Assembly: GCA_964187785.1 (NCBI GenBank) | Contig: OZ076414.1 | Span: forward strand, 44,764,001-44,828,000 | Direction: 5' to 3' | DNA: 64,000 nucleotides | DNA from: Amphiscolops sp. MND2022 | Taxonomy: Eukaryota | Shown here: piece after piece, positions 1 through 11,168 of the stretch | Numbering within the stretch: position 1 is the first letter of the stretch | How the letters are laid out: each line of letters starts with the position of its first letter | Made by a program: the position numbers and the translations under genes | Notes under the pieces: model-generated | Databases searched by the model: none | The model's input: the letters and a program-made list of their open reading frames with translations, nothing else | What the model was told of the DNA's origin: nothing

Positions 1-1859
1 CTGAAACTGTTCTACAGTTTCACTGACTGTCGTAAAGTGATAAAAGGAAAAACTGCTAGGCTAGGCCTGTGCAAATCTTGCAATAGTTAAAGGCAACAAC
101 ATTATGACTATATGATCTCCTATATCATGTTATTGAATATATATTTTTTTAATTTTCAAAATTTTTTCATCCTAAATTTTGATAAAGTTAAGAAAAAATC
201 CTGTGGGGGACTGATGATTCCTAAAGTTAACTGTATTTAAATGATCATCCACAGCTCACCTTCTCCCGAGCCATCCAAAATTGAACGCCGAGAATATCCT
301 TTCGCGCCTGGAAAAAAGTCGATAGTAAAAACCGAACTTAGCAACCAGATAAAAGTTAAAAGACACGATAAGTTCGGATTCATGTTCAGATATATTGTCT
401 CGAAGTCTTCGATGGTTTTTCCATCATCTTCCAGGAAGAGTATTTTTTGTTTTCCTATCAATTATGATGAAGTCGATTTTTATTGCTTTCAAATAATACT
501 GAAAAAAATTAGAACACCATAAAGTTTCTGACGTTTTGAGGTTTATTCTGCCGAGGTATGAAAAAATAATTAGTTCGGTATCATAAAAGTGTCTCATTTG
601 TTTGTTTTCCTTGTGTCAGTGGTAATCGATGGATGCGCTCAGTTTACAAAGACATCCCTGGTTGAAACTGTTTGAACTTTTTACAAATTTGTGCAGGTTG
701 CTGAGCTAATTTTTTGTTTTTTAAAAAAATTCTCAAGGAAATCTTCAAGAATCAAAGTTTCACTGACTTAACTAAATTTTATCAAGCAGCCCAAAAGATG
801 CATCTTATATTGTGCGACAATTCGGACCCATGACTTTTCAGAAGTTTTCATACGCAATTCTATTTTTAAACGCAGCTGAGAAGCGTCCTATTCATAGTAC
901 AATATGAATAACGGTGATTACATAAGACGAATATTTAGGAAAATAAAACGTGGAAATAAAGTGATCAATGCGGTGGAGAAGTGAGAATCTTTTCATTTTT
1001 AAATGAAATGGTAAAAGCTGCCAGGTAGTCCTAATGGTTTTTCAAGCAGGCGGCCGGAGCTTTCCATGGTTTGTAAAACTAATAACTAGCCTTGCATGCG
1101 TAGAAGCAGCATGAAAAACTTCCCAGCATGTTCAAAGGATGAAGTGATGTTTATTCAAATCTTATTCAACTCCGAACTTACAAAAAACAGGGCGTGGCGG
1201 CATTTCGCGCTTGGCCTCGAACAGAAACGTTCGATGGTCTGTAGAATGTGCTACAAAGGTTATATATTCCAAGGCCCAAAAGCTAGTAAACTTATATAGT
1301 CTCAGATCAAGAAAATTTTGATGAAAGAACTAAAAACGATCAGTGAAAAAGTTTTTTTGAGAAAAATGAGAAAACGCAGGCGTTTTTTTGGCACAAAAAC
1401 GCAGGCGTCGTACTTGATGAGAGAAATTTTGATAGTAGAAAAACTAGCCTACATGCCTGCCTGACGACGTGAGGGAGAATGGTTTTCGTATCTATTTTCA
1501 GTTCTGAGAAAAATCAGTTACAAATTGGGAAAACTGGAAAACTTTAAGTTTTTGCATCTCTTTATTTGCCCAAAAAACCAGGGCGAAGAAAATTAGACGT
1601 CGCTTTCACCTTGAAACGTAGCCTACAGAACCCTCGTACAAATTACGAAACCGTGGACTCCGTATTTGTTCTCGTTCCTGAGATATAGAAGCTCAGGTTT
1701 GAAGAAAAAAATCAAGTATTTTCTAGCCGAACAAGACTTGAACGTCTAAAATCGGCCCCATATCTAAGGCTCAAACAGCGAAAGATTTTTTTAAAAACTG
1801 GAGAAAAAAAACAAATTTTAGGACGAAAAATAATCATTTAGAAAATTCTCACAAAGCCG

Positions 1860-2230
1860 AAAATTGTAAAAGGGGGACTGTTTGAGCTGCTTGAAAATCC
1901 AGTTAGTTGCAAAATATTTTAAAAATTGAAGGGGGACCCTTTGGAGACATTTGAAAATTTTCGAAAAGTTTCCGAAAAAAACTTTTGAAAAACGAAAAAC
2001 GAGAACTTTGAAACAGTCTCATAGTGCCGAAAAACTTAGAAGGGGGCCGTTTGGGATCTTTAAACTTCAATTTGCTGCAAAATACACCAAAACTTGAAGA
2101 GGACCCTTTGGAGACAAAAAGTTTTCGAAATAAATTACGCACAGTGCCGAAAAAAATTGAAAGGGGGACCCTTTAGTTTCGTCCGGTTTTGTATGTAACG
2201 TCAGAGAAAGAAAAATTAACGGGGGGAGGC
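1860..2230. repeat. Host interspersed repeat family (GGGGGACCCTTTG / CATAGTGCCGAAAA motifs)
   Basis: The same motifs recur near 52160-52230, 52790-52900, 57340-57790 and 62510-62560. Confidence 0.65.
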
Positions 2231-2790
2231 TTTGCACTAACTTAGATGTGTTCCGAGGTATGAAATGAGGTTTCGGAGGTTTCTGTTTAGTTGAACAAAA
2301 CGAACAAAAATTTCGTCGCTTCGAGTCTGTCTTAACGAGTGACTGGAATAGTCGGGATCTTTTATCGATAGAAGCGCCGACTAAAAAGGAAGGCGTCATA
2401 CCTGATGACGGACACTTTGTTGGTGCAAAAACTAGCCTATATCCTTTCTGTTTGTCTTGAGGAAGAATGGTTTCCGTATTTTTCATCAGTTTTCAAAAAA
2501 TGTGGTACAAATGAGGAGAAATTTTCGACTGTTTTTCATCCCTTTTTTGCCCAAAAAAACGGAGTATGAAAACAAATTGACGTCATTTTTATGATAAAAT
2601 GTAGCTATGGAATGCTTGTACTGTTTACGAAACCATGGACTCTCTATTTGGTCTTGGTTCTGAGATATTGGGGATGAAAGATGAAAAACTCAAAAATTGC
2701 GCTTTTCCAAAAGTTTTTTTAAAAAAAACCATGAAGTGATTTTTCTTTTTAAAAATTCGACAAAAAACGTAGCCTAGGATCTTTCGCAAC

Positions 2791-4282
2791 TGTGATATTC
2801 CTCACCTAGGCTTTCTGCGTCAGACTCTTCGTCTGAGTGTATAGTTACATCTACATCGGATTCACTTCGAAACAAAGGTTTTGCAGGATGTTTCAAGTCT
2901 CTCATTTTAGAAACCTTGGGAGGAAAATTTTCATTTTCAGAATCTGGATTCTCGATATTAGATGCGCGAACTCCTATAGACCCATCTACCCTGGATCCCG
3001 ATTGCTGATTTTCTTGTATTTCATTTATGTCTGATCTTGGGTTTGTTGCTGTTGATGAGCTTTTGTTAGTTTTTATTTCCCTTAGAATTGCTTCTAATTT
3101 GTTATCCATTTCTTCTCGCATCTTTTCAATTCTGTCGTTGCTTTTTTGTTCCATTATTTGAGTCCAAACTTGTATCTCATTGCTAATTTGGCTGGGTTCG
3201 ACCAAGTTGTTCTCAGAGTTATTTTCGCCTAAATTACTTTGAATAACTGTATCATTATTAGTTAAAGTCACATTACCTGATATTGGTGTCTCAGCCTGAG
3301 TTCTCTCTATTTCCCTCTCTGGGGATGGAGTTTCTAGCCTTCTAGATCGTCTACTTCTTTTGTTTCCCATCCTTTCTCAATTGAAAATGAATTGCAGTTA
3401 TTGGGGAAGAATTTGAATTGATCCTTTTATTTGGCAAAACCAAATTGGAAAGAGAAAATGATAGGAAAGATGAAAATTTACAGAAAAGGATTGTAGATTT
3501 TAAAGCGACTGCACTTGAGTAGAATTGGAGAAGTTGTGTATCACCAAGTTATCTTAGCTGTCTATAACAATCATGACATCTCTTTTTACAGGCATCACCC
3601 TTTGGGAAACGTATAAATAGAATTACATCACAATAACATCAGTCTATTTATAGTACAAAGGCCCTGGAAGAATGACAATCAGATACGAAATGATAAGGTC
3701 TAGGAAACCCTAGAAGAAAGTATGGAATTACTTAAGAATGGTATTTGCATGACTAATCAACATTAAGATTCACTACATCATCAATTTGGAGTGCAACACT
3801 GCTAAAAACGCATGTTGACTAGTATACATTATGCATCGAAAAGTATATTACCGCATATAAGCACTTATGCGGAAATGACATATTTTGACGTATAAACACT
3901 TTCACTCGAAACGTATGTTGACGCATGAACGTACTATCTTGAAATGTATGTTACCGCACAATGATCGAGACATATTATTTCCAAAAGAGATTGTGAATCA
4001 CATATTACATAAATCTCAACTTCATGACTCATCAACTTGATTAACGAACATGAAAAACTAAATCTCAATACAATCTAAGATGTATTAAGCCATCTAAAAG
4101 AACAAAATCAACAAAACTAACAACTTTACCCAAAATAACATATTTACATGACATCAATAAAACGGGTGAAAAACAAACATAACATGTCATAAAATCAGTT
4201 GTAAAACTTCAAGTTACTTCCAGTCCTCATTCACTTTTTCAGCGCTGCACTCCGGCTCCCATGCAGGTACTTGGCTGCAACA
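2791..4282 (-). repeat. Element 1 3' LTR (1492 bp)
   Basis: Colinear with 17166-18657; roughly 25-30 substitutions and no indels seen by eye (~98% identity). Starts TGTGAT and ends GCAACA on the plus strand. Confidence 0.97.
3807..3975. repeat. Degenerate ~33-bp array in the LTR (second copy at 18182-18350)
   Basis: Unit TCGAAACGTATGTTGACGCATGAACGTACTATC. The core TCGAAACGTATGTTGACG matches TCGATCCGTATGTTGACG of the 6.1-kb array at 16/18 positions. Confidence 0.7.
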
Positions 4283-5306
4283 GTCCCGCATTTTTAAAGG
4301 TGAATAGGGCTGCTTCAAATCCATCTATGAATGCACGGGAACGTACATTCCGATCACGTACTGTCTCGGCTTCATAGGCTGTTGCAAGAAGATATTCGCC
4401 TAATATTTCAAGGGCTATCTGATCATAAGTTTTACCGCACCAATCGCAGAAACCTGCAATATTAGGCATGACTGTTGGTGATAATCGGTAAACATTTCTT
4501 TCTTCAGCTGGTAGAAATAATATATTTGTACTGTGTGTCGCCTGTACGATGAAGGCTTGTTGTATAAATGGAGGCACTGGTGGGTCGTTGTGAACTGCCA
4601 CAAAGTTAGGTATGATTGATGGAATTTGTATCATCAGTGGTACTGGGTTTGTTAGTTGATTTGGGTTTGTGAGGTGTGAGTTAGCAGCTGCACCAGGAGG
4701 TCTGTTATGAAGATAATCGTTCACATTATTGTGATCAGCTGTTTGGACTTCTGAGATATTGTCTCCCAGGTCGGTAAAGTTACTGATGTCAGCACTAAAG
4801 CCCGGTGGGTAGTTAGGTCGAGGTCTTCGTGGTAATCCTCTGCCCCTGCCCCTTTCTCTCGGGGTAGGAAGAATCGCCGCTGATGGCCTGCCGTAGCTAT
4901 TTAGTGGGGGTTGTTGAGCCATTTCCTGGTCATCCGGAGATTCAGGTGATTCTTCAAATTCCGAACTCACGAATGAAGATGGTGTCATTGAATGATTGCT
5001 CTGGTGTTCATCAATCAGGTCAAGCAATTGTCTTTCTATTTGCGATCCGGCAGTATCTATTATTTCTGTGTCTAACGGCGACGCTGTTGACTGGGGGAAA
5101 AGAGTCATAGCGGCTGCCCCGGCAAATGCAGTCATTGCGTTTGATCCTGGAGCACCCACTCGGAATCTTTCCTCAATTGCATTCACATTCCCGGGTTCAA
5201 CAGTGAACTCTTCTCCACTCTCACTAGAGATATCTATTACAGAAGGCGATGATCCAAAGGTGTCCATCAGATCGTCCAGTCTGAATTGTAGTCTGTCCAT
5301 TCTCAC
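4239..5306 (-). CDS. Element 1 accessory ORF (355 aa, unknown function), terminating inside the 3' LTR
   Basis: Long open frame with an acidic, Pro/Asn-rich N-terminal half and an ordered-looking C-terminal segment (CDWCGKTYDQIALEILGEYLL...RAFIDGFEAALF). The last residues LQPSTCMGAGVQR* are encoded by LTR sequence (4282-4239). ORF 5415-5642 lies in the same frame upstream, separated by two stops. Confidence 0.7.
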   Translation of the reverse strand: MRMDRLQFRLDDLMDTFGSSPSVIDISSESGEEFTVEPGNVNAIEERFRVGAPGSNAMTAFAGAAAMTLFPQSTASPLDTEIIDTAGSQIERQLLDLIDEHQSNHSMTPSSFVSSEFEESPESPDDQEMAQQPPLNSYGRPSAAILPTPRERGRGRGLPRRPRPNYPPGFSADISNFTDLGDNISEVQTADHNNVNDYLHNRPPGAAANSHLTNPNQLTNPVPLMIQIPSIIPNFVAVHNDPPVPPFIQQAFIVQATHSTNILFLPAEERNVYRLSPTVMPNIAGFCDWCGKTYDQIALEILGEYLLATAYEAETVRDRNVRSRAFIDGFEAALFTFKNAGLLQPSTCMGAGVQR

Positions 5307-6061
5307 TTTAGTGTCGGGTTTGTGATGAAAGTAACTTATGTCTTGGATGATAGTTCTTTTGAGAATTATTCAGTGAAGTTTTATGTGAGCAACTGGTTTT
5401 GACTCGGCTATAGACTATATTGTGATTAGTTTATGATTTCCTGGTGAAAAATAAGGAAAACCCGCGGAAAAAATGAGTGTCATGTCAACAATATTCCGCG
5501 ATCCCCTTATAAGGGTTTCCTTTGCTATGAAGCAATGGGTTCCATCATCATCAAGGTGTAAACAAGTCCTTTTAAGGTGATTCTTCAGGGTTTTCCCGCT
5601 AACAGCACCTTCTTTATTCTCTTCACAGCATTTCGTTGTCATTTTAAATGATAAGTAAACAAATCTAATATAACTTCAAGAGAAATTCAACGAATGACTC
5701 AGAAACTTGTCAATGAATATTCTCAATCAATTTTACATTTAACTAAATTTCATGAGTAAAACCAATGGAAATACAAAATGGTATAAAAGGAACATTTATT
5801 AAAGTTTTCATCATTTTTAATGTGTTGTCCTCTTCGTAGTTTTGTTCAAACACAGTCCCGCATTTAAAAGGGTATTAGGGTCTGATCATGAAACGTATAT
5901 TTAAAACAGATGTGTTCCCTTTAAATGAAATGTGACGTCAAAAAGGTTTCATCAAAATCAGTTCAGTTCAATCATCCCATAGTGACGAAACTTTCGTGTA
6001 TTAACGCATGATAGTATGCCATAATACGTTGCTCGTGCTTTCAATATCATCTGTCAATACT

Positions 6062-6245
6062 GCATCTATCTCCTGCTGCATATGTAACTAGAAACGTAGG
6101 TTGCCGCATACTCGTACTCACTCGATCCGTATGTTGACGAGTATGCGTCTTCACTTGATCCGTATGTTGACGAGTATACGTTTTCACTTGATCCGCATGT
6201 TGCCGCATATCCGTCTTTGCTTGATACGCATATTACCGTATATTT
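6062..6245. repeat. Degenerate 33-bp tandem array upstream of the antisense gene
   Basis: Unit CTCGATCCGTATGTTGACGAGTATGCGTCTTCA, about 5 copies. Confidence 0.85.
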
Positions 6246-6711
6246 GTCATAACGCTGCATGTAATTCGTCGTGTATTTGCTTTCCGAAATCTCTCTCGCT
6301 TTCACTGCGTAATTACCATTGTTTGCGCATTTGTCACTCAGATTGTCTCACGTTAATTAATCATACCAAGCACTCTGGCAGTAGTGAATGGCATTTAATT
6401 GACCAATCAGCGATCAGTATAAACTATACCGATTTCCAAAACCAGATTTCATTTTGCTCTTTTGCCTTTAATTGTTACGCTACGCCTTTTGTTTTAATTG
6501 AAATCGTTGAAATTCTGTCCACTGTTAATTTTAAAGGTTGCTGTCTATTAGTTTCAGTCTTCATTGTTTAGTAATCTCTGTTTTTCCTTAATTCATTTCC
6601 TCTCAGCAAATTGAAGTGTACTTCTTGTGTTGTTACCATCATTAAAAATTGTTTTCCTCTCCTGTCGATCGACAATCAAATTATCCCTTCTTGCAATTGG
6701 ATTCATTTATT

Positions 6712-9700
6712 ATGGACTCTCCCAGTCGCCGGAAGACAAGGAAGGATCAGCCCTCTCGTCGGGAAAGTGCTTCTTGGTGCTACAAGAGCCCGTCGGGTAC
6801 TACTCCTGGTTAGTTCAACTCAATTTGTTTCAGATTTTCAATTTTGAAATAAGGTTCGGTGAATTTTGAATGATAATTAGTTGGCCAGACTAATATCAGA
6901 GTTGATCAGATTTTAATCTTGATCAGATTTGAGGAGTTTTTTGAACGCTTCCGTTCTTGGTTTCGAACGACTTCCGTTTTCATTTCCTGTTTTCGTATCC
7001 AAAAACTAGTGATTATCAAACGGGTTCCGTCCATTTGACCCATTTATTTTCTAAAACGGATCATTTGTTTTAGTTGAACTTGGATCGACCCAAACGTCTC
7101 CTGGTCGCTCACCGACGAAGATTTATCATCCTCTTCAAGTTGTTTCCCCTGACGATCAGCAACAGACTGACTGTCCAGATACACCAGATCTTGCTCAGTT
7201 ACAGATTGATGAGGCTAAAAGATCCCCTGTTATTGAAGTACGTGAAATTACTGCACAAGGGACAGAAGTCACCTTGCCTACATTGAATCAACCTCCTTTC
7301 TCTGCTAGTTGTTCGGTACGTCAGATCACCAATCTTGAAGCGGCTGATATGGATCTCACTCCTACTCTTTTTAACCAAGACGCTGTTACTGAGGAGATTG
7401 TCCCATCTTCTTCCCAGGTCCCCTCTCCTCAATTCACCCAGTTCCTAACTTATTCTCAGAACCGGACGCTAGATCCACCCTCGCCTCGAGTCGTAGGCTT
7501 AGATGCTCCCGACCAAGGGCGAATGTGTACCCCACTTAGTGAGAATCTAGAGAACCCCACCATTGATACTCATGCCAATACTGAGCCTTGTGGACTCAGT
7601 GTCACACGACAAGAAGTCATGTTATTATCCAACATGCTCGGTAGGATTCCCCGGAGTTTCCTAGCTGGTGGGGATGAACAAGCAACGTCTCTTCCTTTCA
7701 GCATCGTTGAGAGTCCCTCTAATTATGGCACAGCATTACCTTTAACCTCAAGCCAGGATGAAAGAAACTCACAATCATCACCTGGAAATGCCACGCAGGA
7801 TCCTCAGAACCCTGATCAGTCATCTTTGCGGAAAAGGCAACGACCGAGGTACTCTCTAAAAACTCACATGTTCCACAAACATCCGGTTTTAAAATTCTCT
7901 GCTACTGGACCAATTGATCCAGAGAAAACACCATACAAGTGGTGGTGCCGGGTTTGCCGGTCCGAGCTGTCTCTAATGAGCAGAGGAACGCTTGAATTGA
8001 TGGCACACTACCGCTGTGATAGTCATTACATCAAGAAACATCGAATGAGGATGGAAATCCCCGGAATGGCCCTATTTGACAAGAATGAACAAGAGTTACA
8101 GGGTATGGCTTTGATTGAAGCTAAGAAGGTTGCAAAAAACACTTATCCCATTGCTCCTCAATTGGATAGCTTACGACCTTTGGTGGGACAGCATTCTGTC
8201 CCTGATTTCGGATCATTAACCAGTCCAACTGAAGGAGTTTTGTCCCTAGTCAGCATTCTCGAGTATGGTCTGAAAAATGGTGGACATGTGGACAGTTTGA
8301 CAGGAATTTACGACGGAATCTCTCGTCTATCCAGGAACAATCAGCTGCCTGTTCAAAACTGGGATCAACACCGCATTTATGTAAGCCTCATGTTTAAGTT
8401 TTCAGTTCTGCATATTTCGTTTATAAGGGGTAATTGTTGTTCTGGTTGAAGTGGGGTGGAGATAATTTGCTGAGTTTTAACAAGTTTGGTTTTGAAATTT
8501 TTTCACACTAATCATTGTTTCTATCTGTTCACAGGGAGGCCTGATACACATGTTTCGAGAGCTTATTAACTATTGTGTGACAGCTTGTGCTTCCTCCGGG
8601 ATTTATTCACTATCTCTTGAAAAGACTCCTACCAAAGATCTCCTTATCGTTTCCTTTTGGAGCGGTAACGTCCTACACAGAGTTTGTCTTGGAACAGGAC
8701 CCCGCGGTCTATTAATCCCGAAGAAGATCCTTGGTTTAGTGGCATCGTTCATTACTCTTTTTGAGAGCTCCCCGAACTGTGTGTGTCTTGTCGGAATGGG
8801 GGACAAACTTAACCAATGCCTCACTTCAACCCAACCAGGAATCAAGCGTCCTAATCTGGCTCACTCGTTTGGTCCGAACGATTTCGAGAAATGTCTTGCC
8901 GGCCCCACAGTAAACATTATCGAGCGCCACGACTTCCGGTCTATACTGGATTTCCTCTTAATGAAGCTGCGGACAGCACTTGACCGAGACTGGCTACAGT
9001 CCCTCCCTCTTCTTCATAAGGTTTTCATCCTCTTCTATTTCATTGTAATTATACATTCATAGATAATAATTGTTTTGCTTTGTCTTTTAGTGCGTCTTGA
9101 GTCTCCAGTATTCTCTTAGCGAAGCATCAGGACTTATTGAGTGCCTCTCTTCCAACTGGGACAAGATACGTGATCATTTAGCCCAAGTCTCTAGGCTGCC
9201 GAAGTACCGCTTCCACATGCGAGAGGTTAATTTGAATACCATTTTTAGTAATATACAACTCATCTGCATCGTTTTCATTGTTTTGATTGTTGTTTTAGCC
9301 AAGCACCCTCGACGAATGCTTCAGGCTCGACACAGCATATCTGGCCAGATTGTTTATCATCCGGTGCGCCATTGACCACTGTTAGTATGTTGTTTTGCTG
9401 ATTGATTTCTTATTTCGTACTTTTACATCACTTGCGCGATTTTCTCAGTGCGCCCGAAAATTCCACCATATTTTGACTAATTTGGGTCAGAAATGATCGT
9501 TTTTCAATAATACCAATTTCAATCTACCGTGCACCCCAGCTCTGATCATTGGAGAATACTATTTGACTGTTTCCATTAGCCGTGTTCTTTATTTAAGCTA
9601 CGTGTAGCCTCCATGTCTTTTTATGCACGTAATCTCTCCTTTTCCGCATAGTGACGCATATGCAAGTTGTCTCGATCCGCATGACAACGTATATGCGTAT

Positions 9701-10989
9701 CACCTCGATCCGCACAATAACGCATATGCGGATTACCTCGATTCGCATAACAACGTATATGCGTTTTATCTCGAACTGCATTATAACGTATTATTTCTCT
9801 TTGTCTAATACTAATCTGTGTTTGACCATTACGTCATCGTTATTCAGAGTTGCAATAACGTTGTGTTTCAGATGATTCAGCCTTTTCTGCCATTGAGACA
9901 CAAGCTGGATATGGATTCAGACTGTTCAATCAATACACTGTGTTTCTATATAGTCAACTGCAGAATATCCTTCCCGATAGCTCTATTGGGGCTATAACCG
10001 ACTGGGATAGATACATATCACTTGATTTCACAGATTCTGCTTTGCCATTCAAGTCGCCTGATGAATTTATCCTGAACGAGGATTTCCACAAACTAGTGTT
10101 AGCTAGTAAGTTACCACGTCCCAGCAAGTTTGTGGAACAATCTATTTCCTTTTGCAAAGCCTTTTGCAAAGATTTACTGGACCATGAGCTGGTTCAATCT
10201 AACTTGGCACGAGGCATGGCTGCATTTGATTTAGCAGTGATGGTGGAGGGTCCGGAGACCAATTACGTCAGTGCTATTGAAAAATTGAGCACTCATTTCG
10301 TGTCAACTGGATGGTTATCCCCTAGCGAGAAAGTCAAGGTGGTGAGCCAGTACAGGGCTTTTGTCACTCTGTTGCGTGCCAGTCCTTTGCCCGAGGTCAA
10401 TGATTTAGTCCAATTTCTTGCTACACACTACGAAATGCAAAACAGGCCTGAGTTGTATCAGTTATTCCGTTACTCTTGTCTCTCTTTGCCGAGCAATGTC
10501 AGTTTGCCCACTTCGTTTGAAGTACCCATTGCCCAGTTGGAGTCTGGCAATGAAGTGTTGCGTTCTTGTGTTACAAGTTTACAATTGTCCTACCAGACAG
10601 TACCGAATGTTTCTAATTTGTACCGGGACCCACGTACCATCAATCGTCTGTTTCGACTCTTAGGGAGAGGACCTGAACTGCTTACGGACAAAAAGTTCTC
10701 AGTGTGGAATATCCTCAAAAGCAGTGGGCCCAAACGGAATACCCTTCAGGGGAAATTTGAGGCTGCATATCGCAAAGCAGTGCTCAAAGTGGACAAGCCA
10801 GTAGTGCCTTCTAACACTTCAACCCCTACTGTTAGTCGTTCCAATAGTGGTAGCAGATCTCCAGTTTCTGGTCCTTCTTTGGGACGGGCTATAGTTCCTG
10901 TGTCTCGATGTGCTAACGACAATGAAGAAGAAGGAGGAAGTGTTCCCAAAGGGGCGAAAGTTAAAACTTCTCAAGGGAAGCGAAGTTAA
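6712..10989 (+). CDS. Antisense six-exon gene (~1074 aa): BED-like C2H2 zinc finger plus hAT-transposase-like body
   Basis: Exons 6712-6808, 7074-8380, 8535-9020, 9091-9225, 9299-9380, 9872-10989 total 3225 nt = 1075 codons including the stop. All five introns are GT..AG and phase-compatible (1,0,0,0,1), with no internal stops. An alternative intron 5 (9385-9953) is also in frame. Zinc finger WWCRVC-x16-H-x5-H at 7940-8026. The product family call is motif-based inference. Confidence 0.85.
9640..9790. repeat. Degenerate 33-bp tandem array in intron 5
   Basis: Unit CTCGATCCGCATGACAACGTATATGCGTATCAC, about 4-5 copies, same orientation as the 6062-6245 array. Confidence 0.85.
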
Positions 10990-11168
10990 TTTAGACATCT
11001 TTGTTTTGCTACAAACTATTTATATATTATAGTTGTTTGTTGTTTTGTTGATTGATCAGTCCAGTGGCATTTTTATTATTTATCTGATGTCAGATTGGCA
11101 ATTTCGCATATTATAAAAGTACACTCAACGTGCGAGAGGAAAAGAAAAAAGATTGTTTGTTCTTGTTT

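Noticed and set aside
237-461. Possible terminal exon of a minus-strand host gene
   Set aside because: There is an acceptor-like TGATAG and a short hydrophobic stretch, but no recognisable domain or linkable upstream exon.
2791-4282. Segmental duplication of a host gene (ORF 2774-3370 vs 16612-17745)
   Set aside because: Explained by the LTR pair, with TG..CA ends, PBS and TSD.
6062-6245. 33-bp and 24-bp arrays as CRISPR arrays; ORFs 6066-6305, 6101-6571 and 9593-9875 as genes
   Set aside because: The units are contiguous with no unique spacers, there are no cas genes and the context is eukaryotic. The ORFs are translations of the repeats.
6300-11150. Antisense gene as a separately inserted hAT DNA transposon
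   Set aside because: By eye I saw no TIRs or 8-bp TSD around it, catalytic motifs look altered, and its flanking repeats match those in the LTRs. This was not an exhaustive search, so it remains the main alternative.
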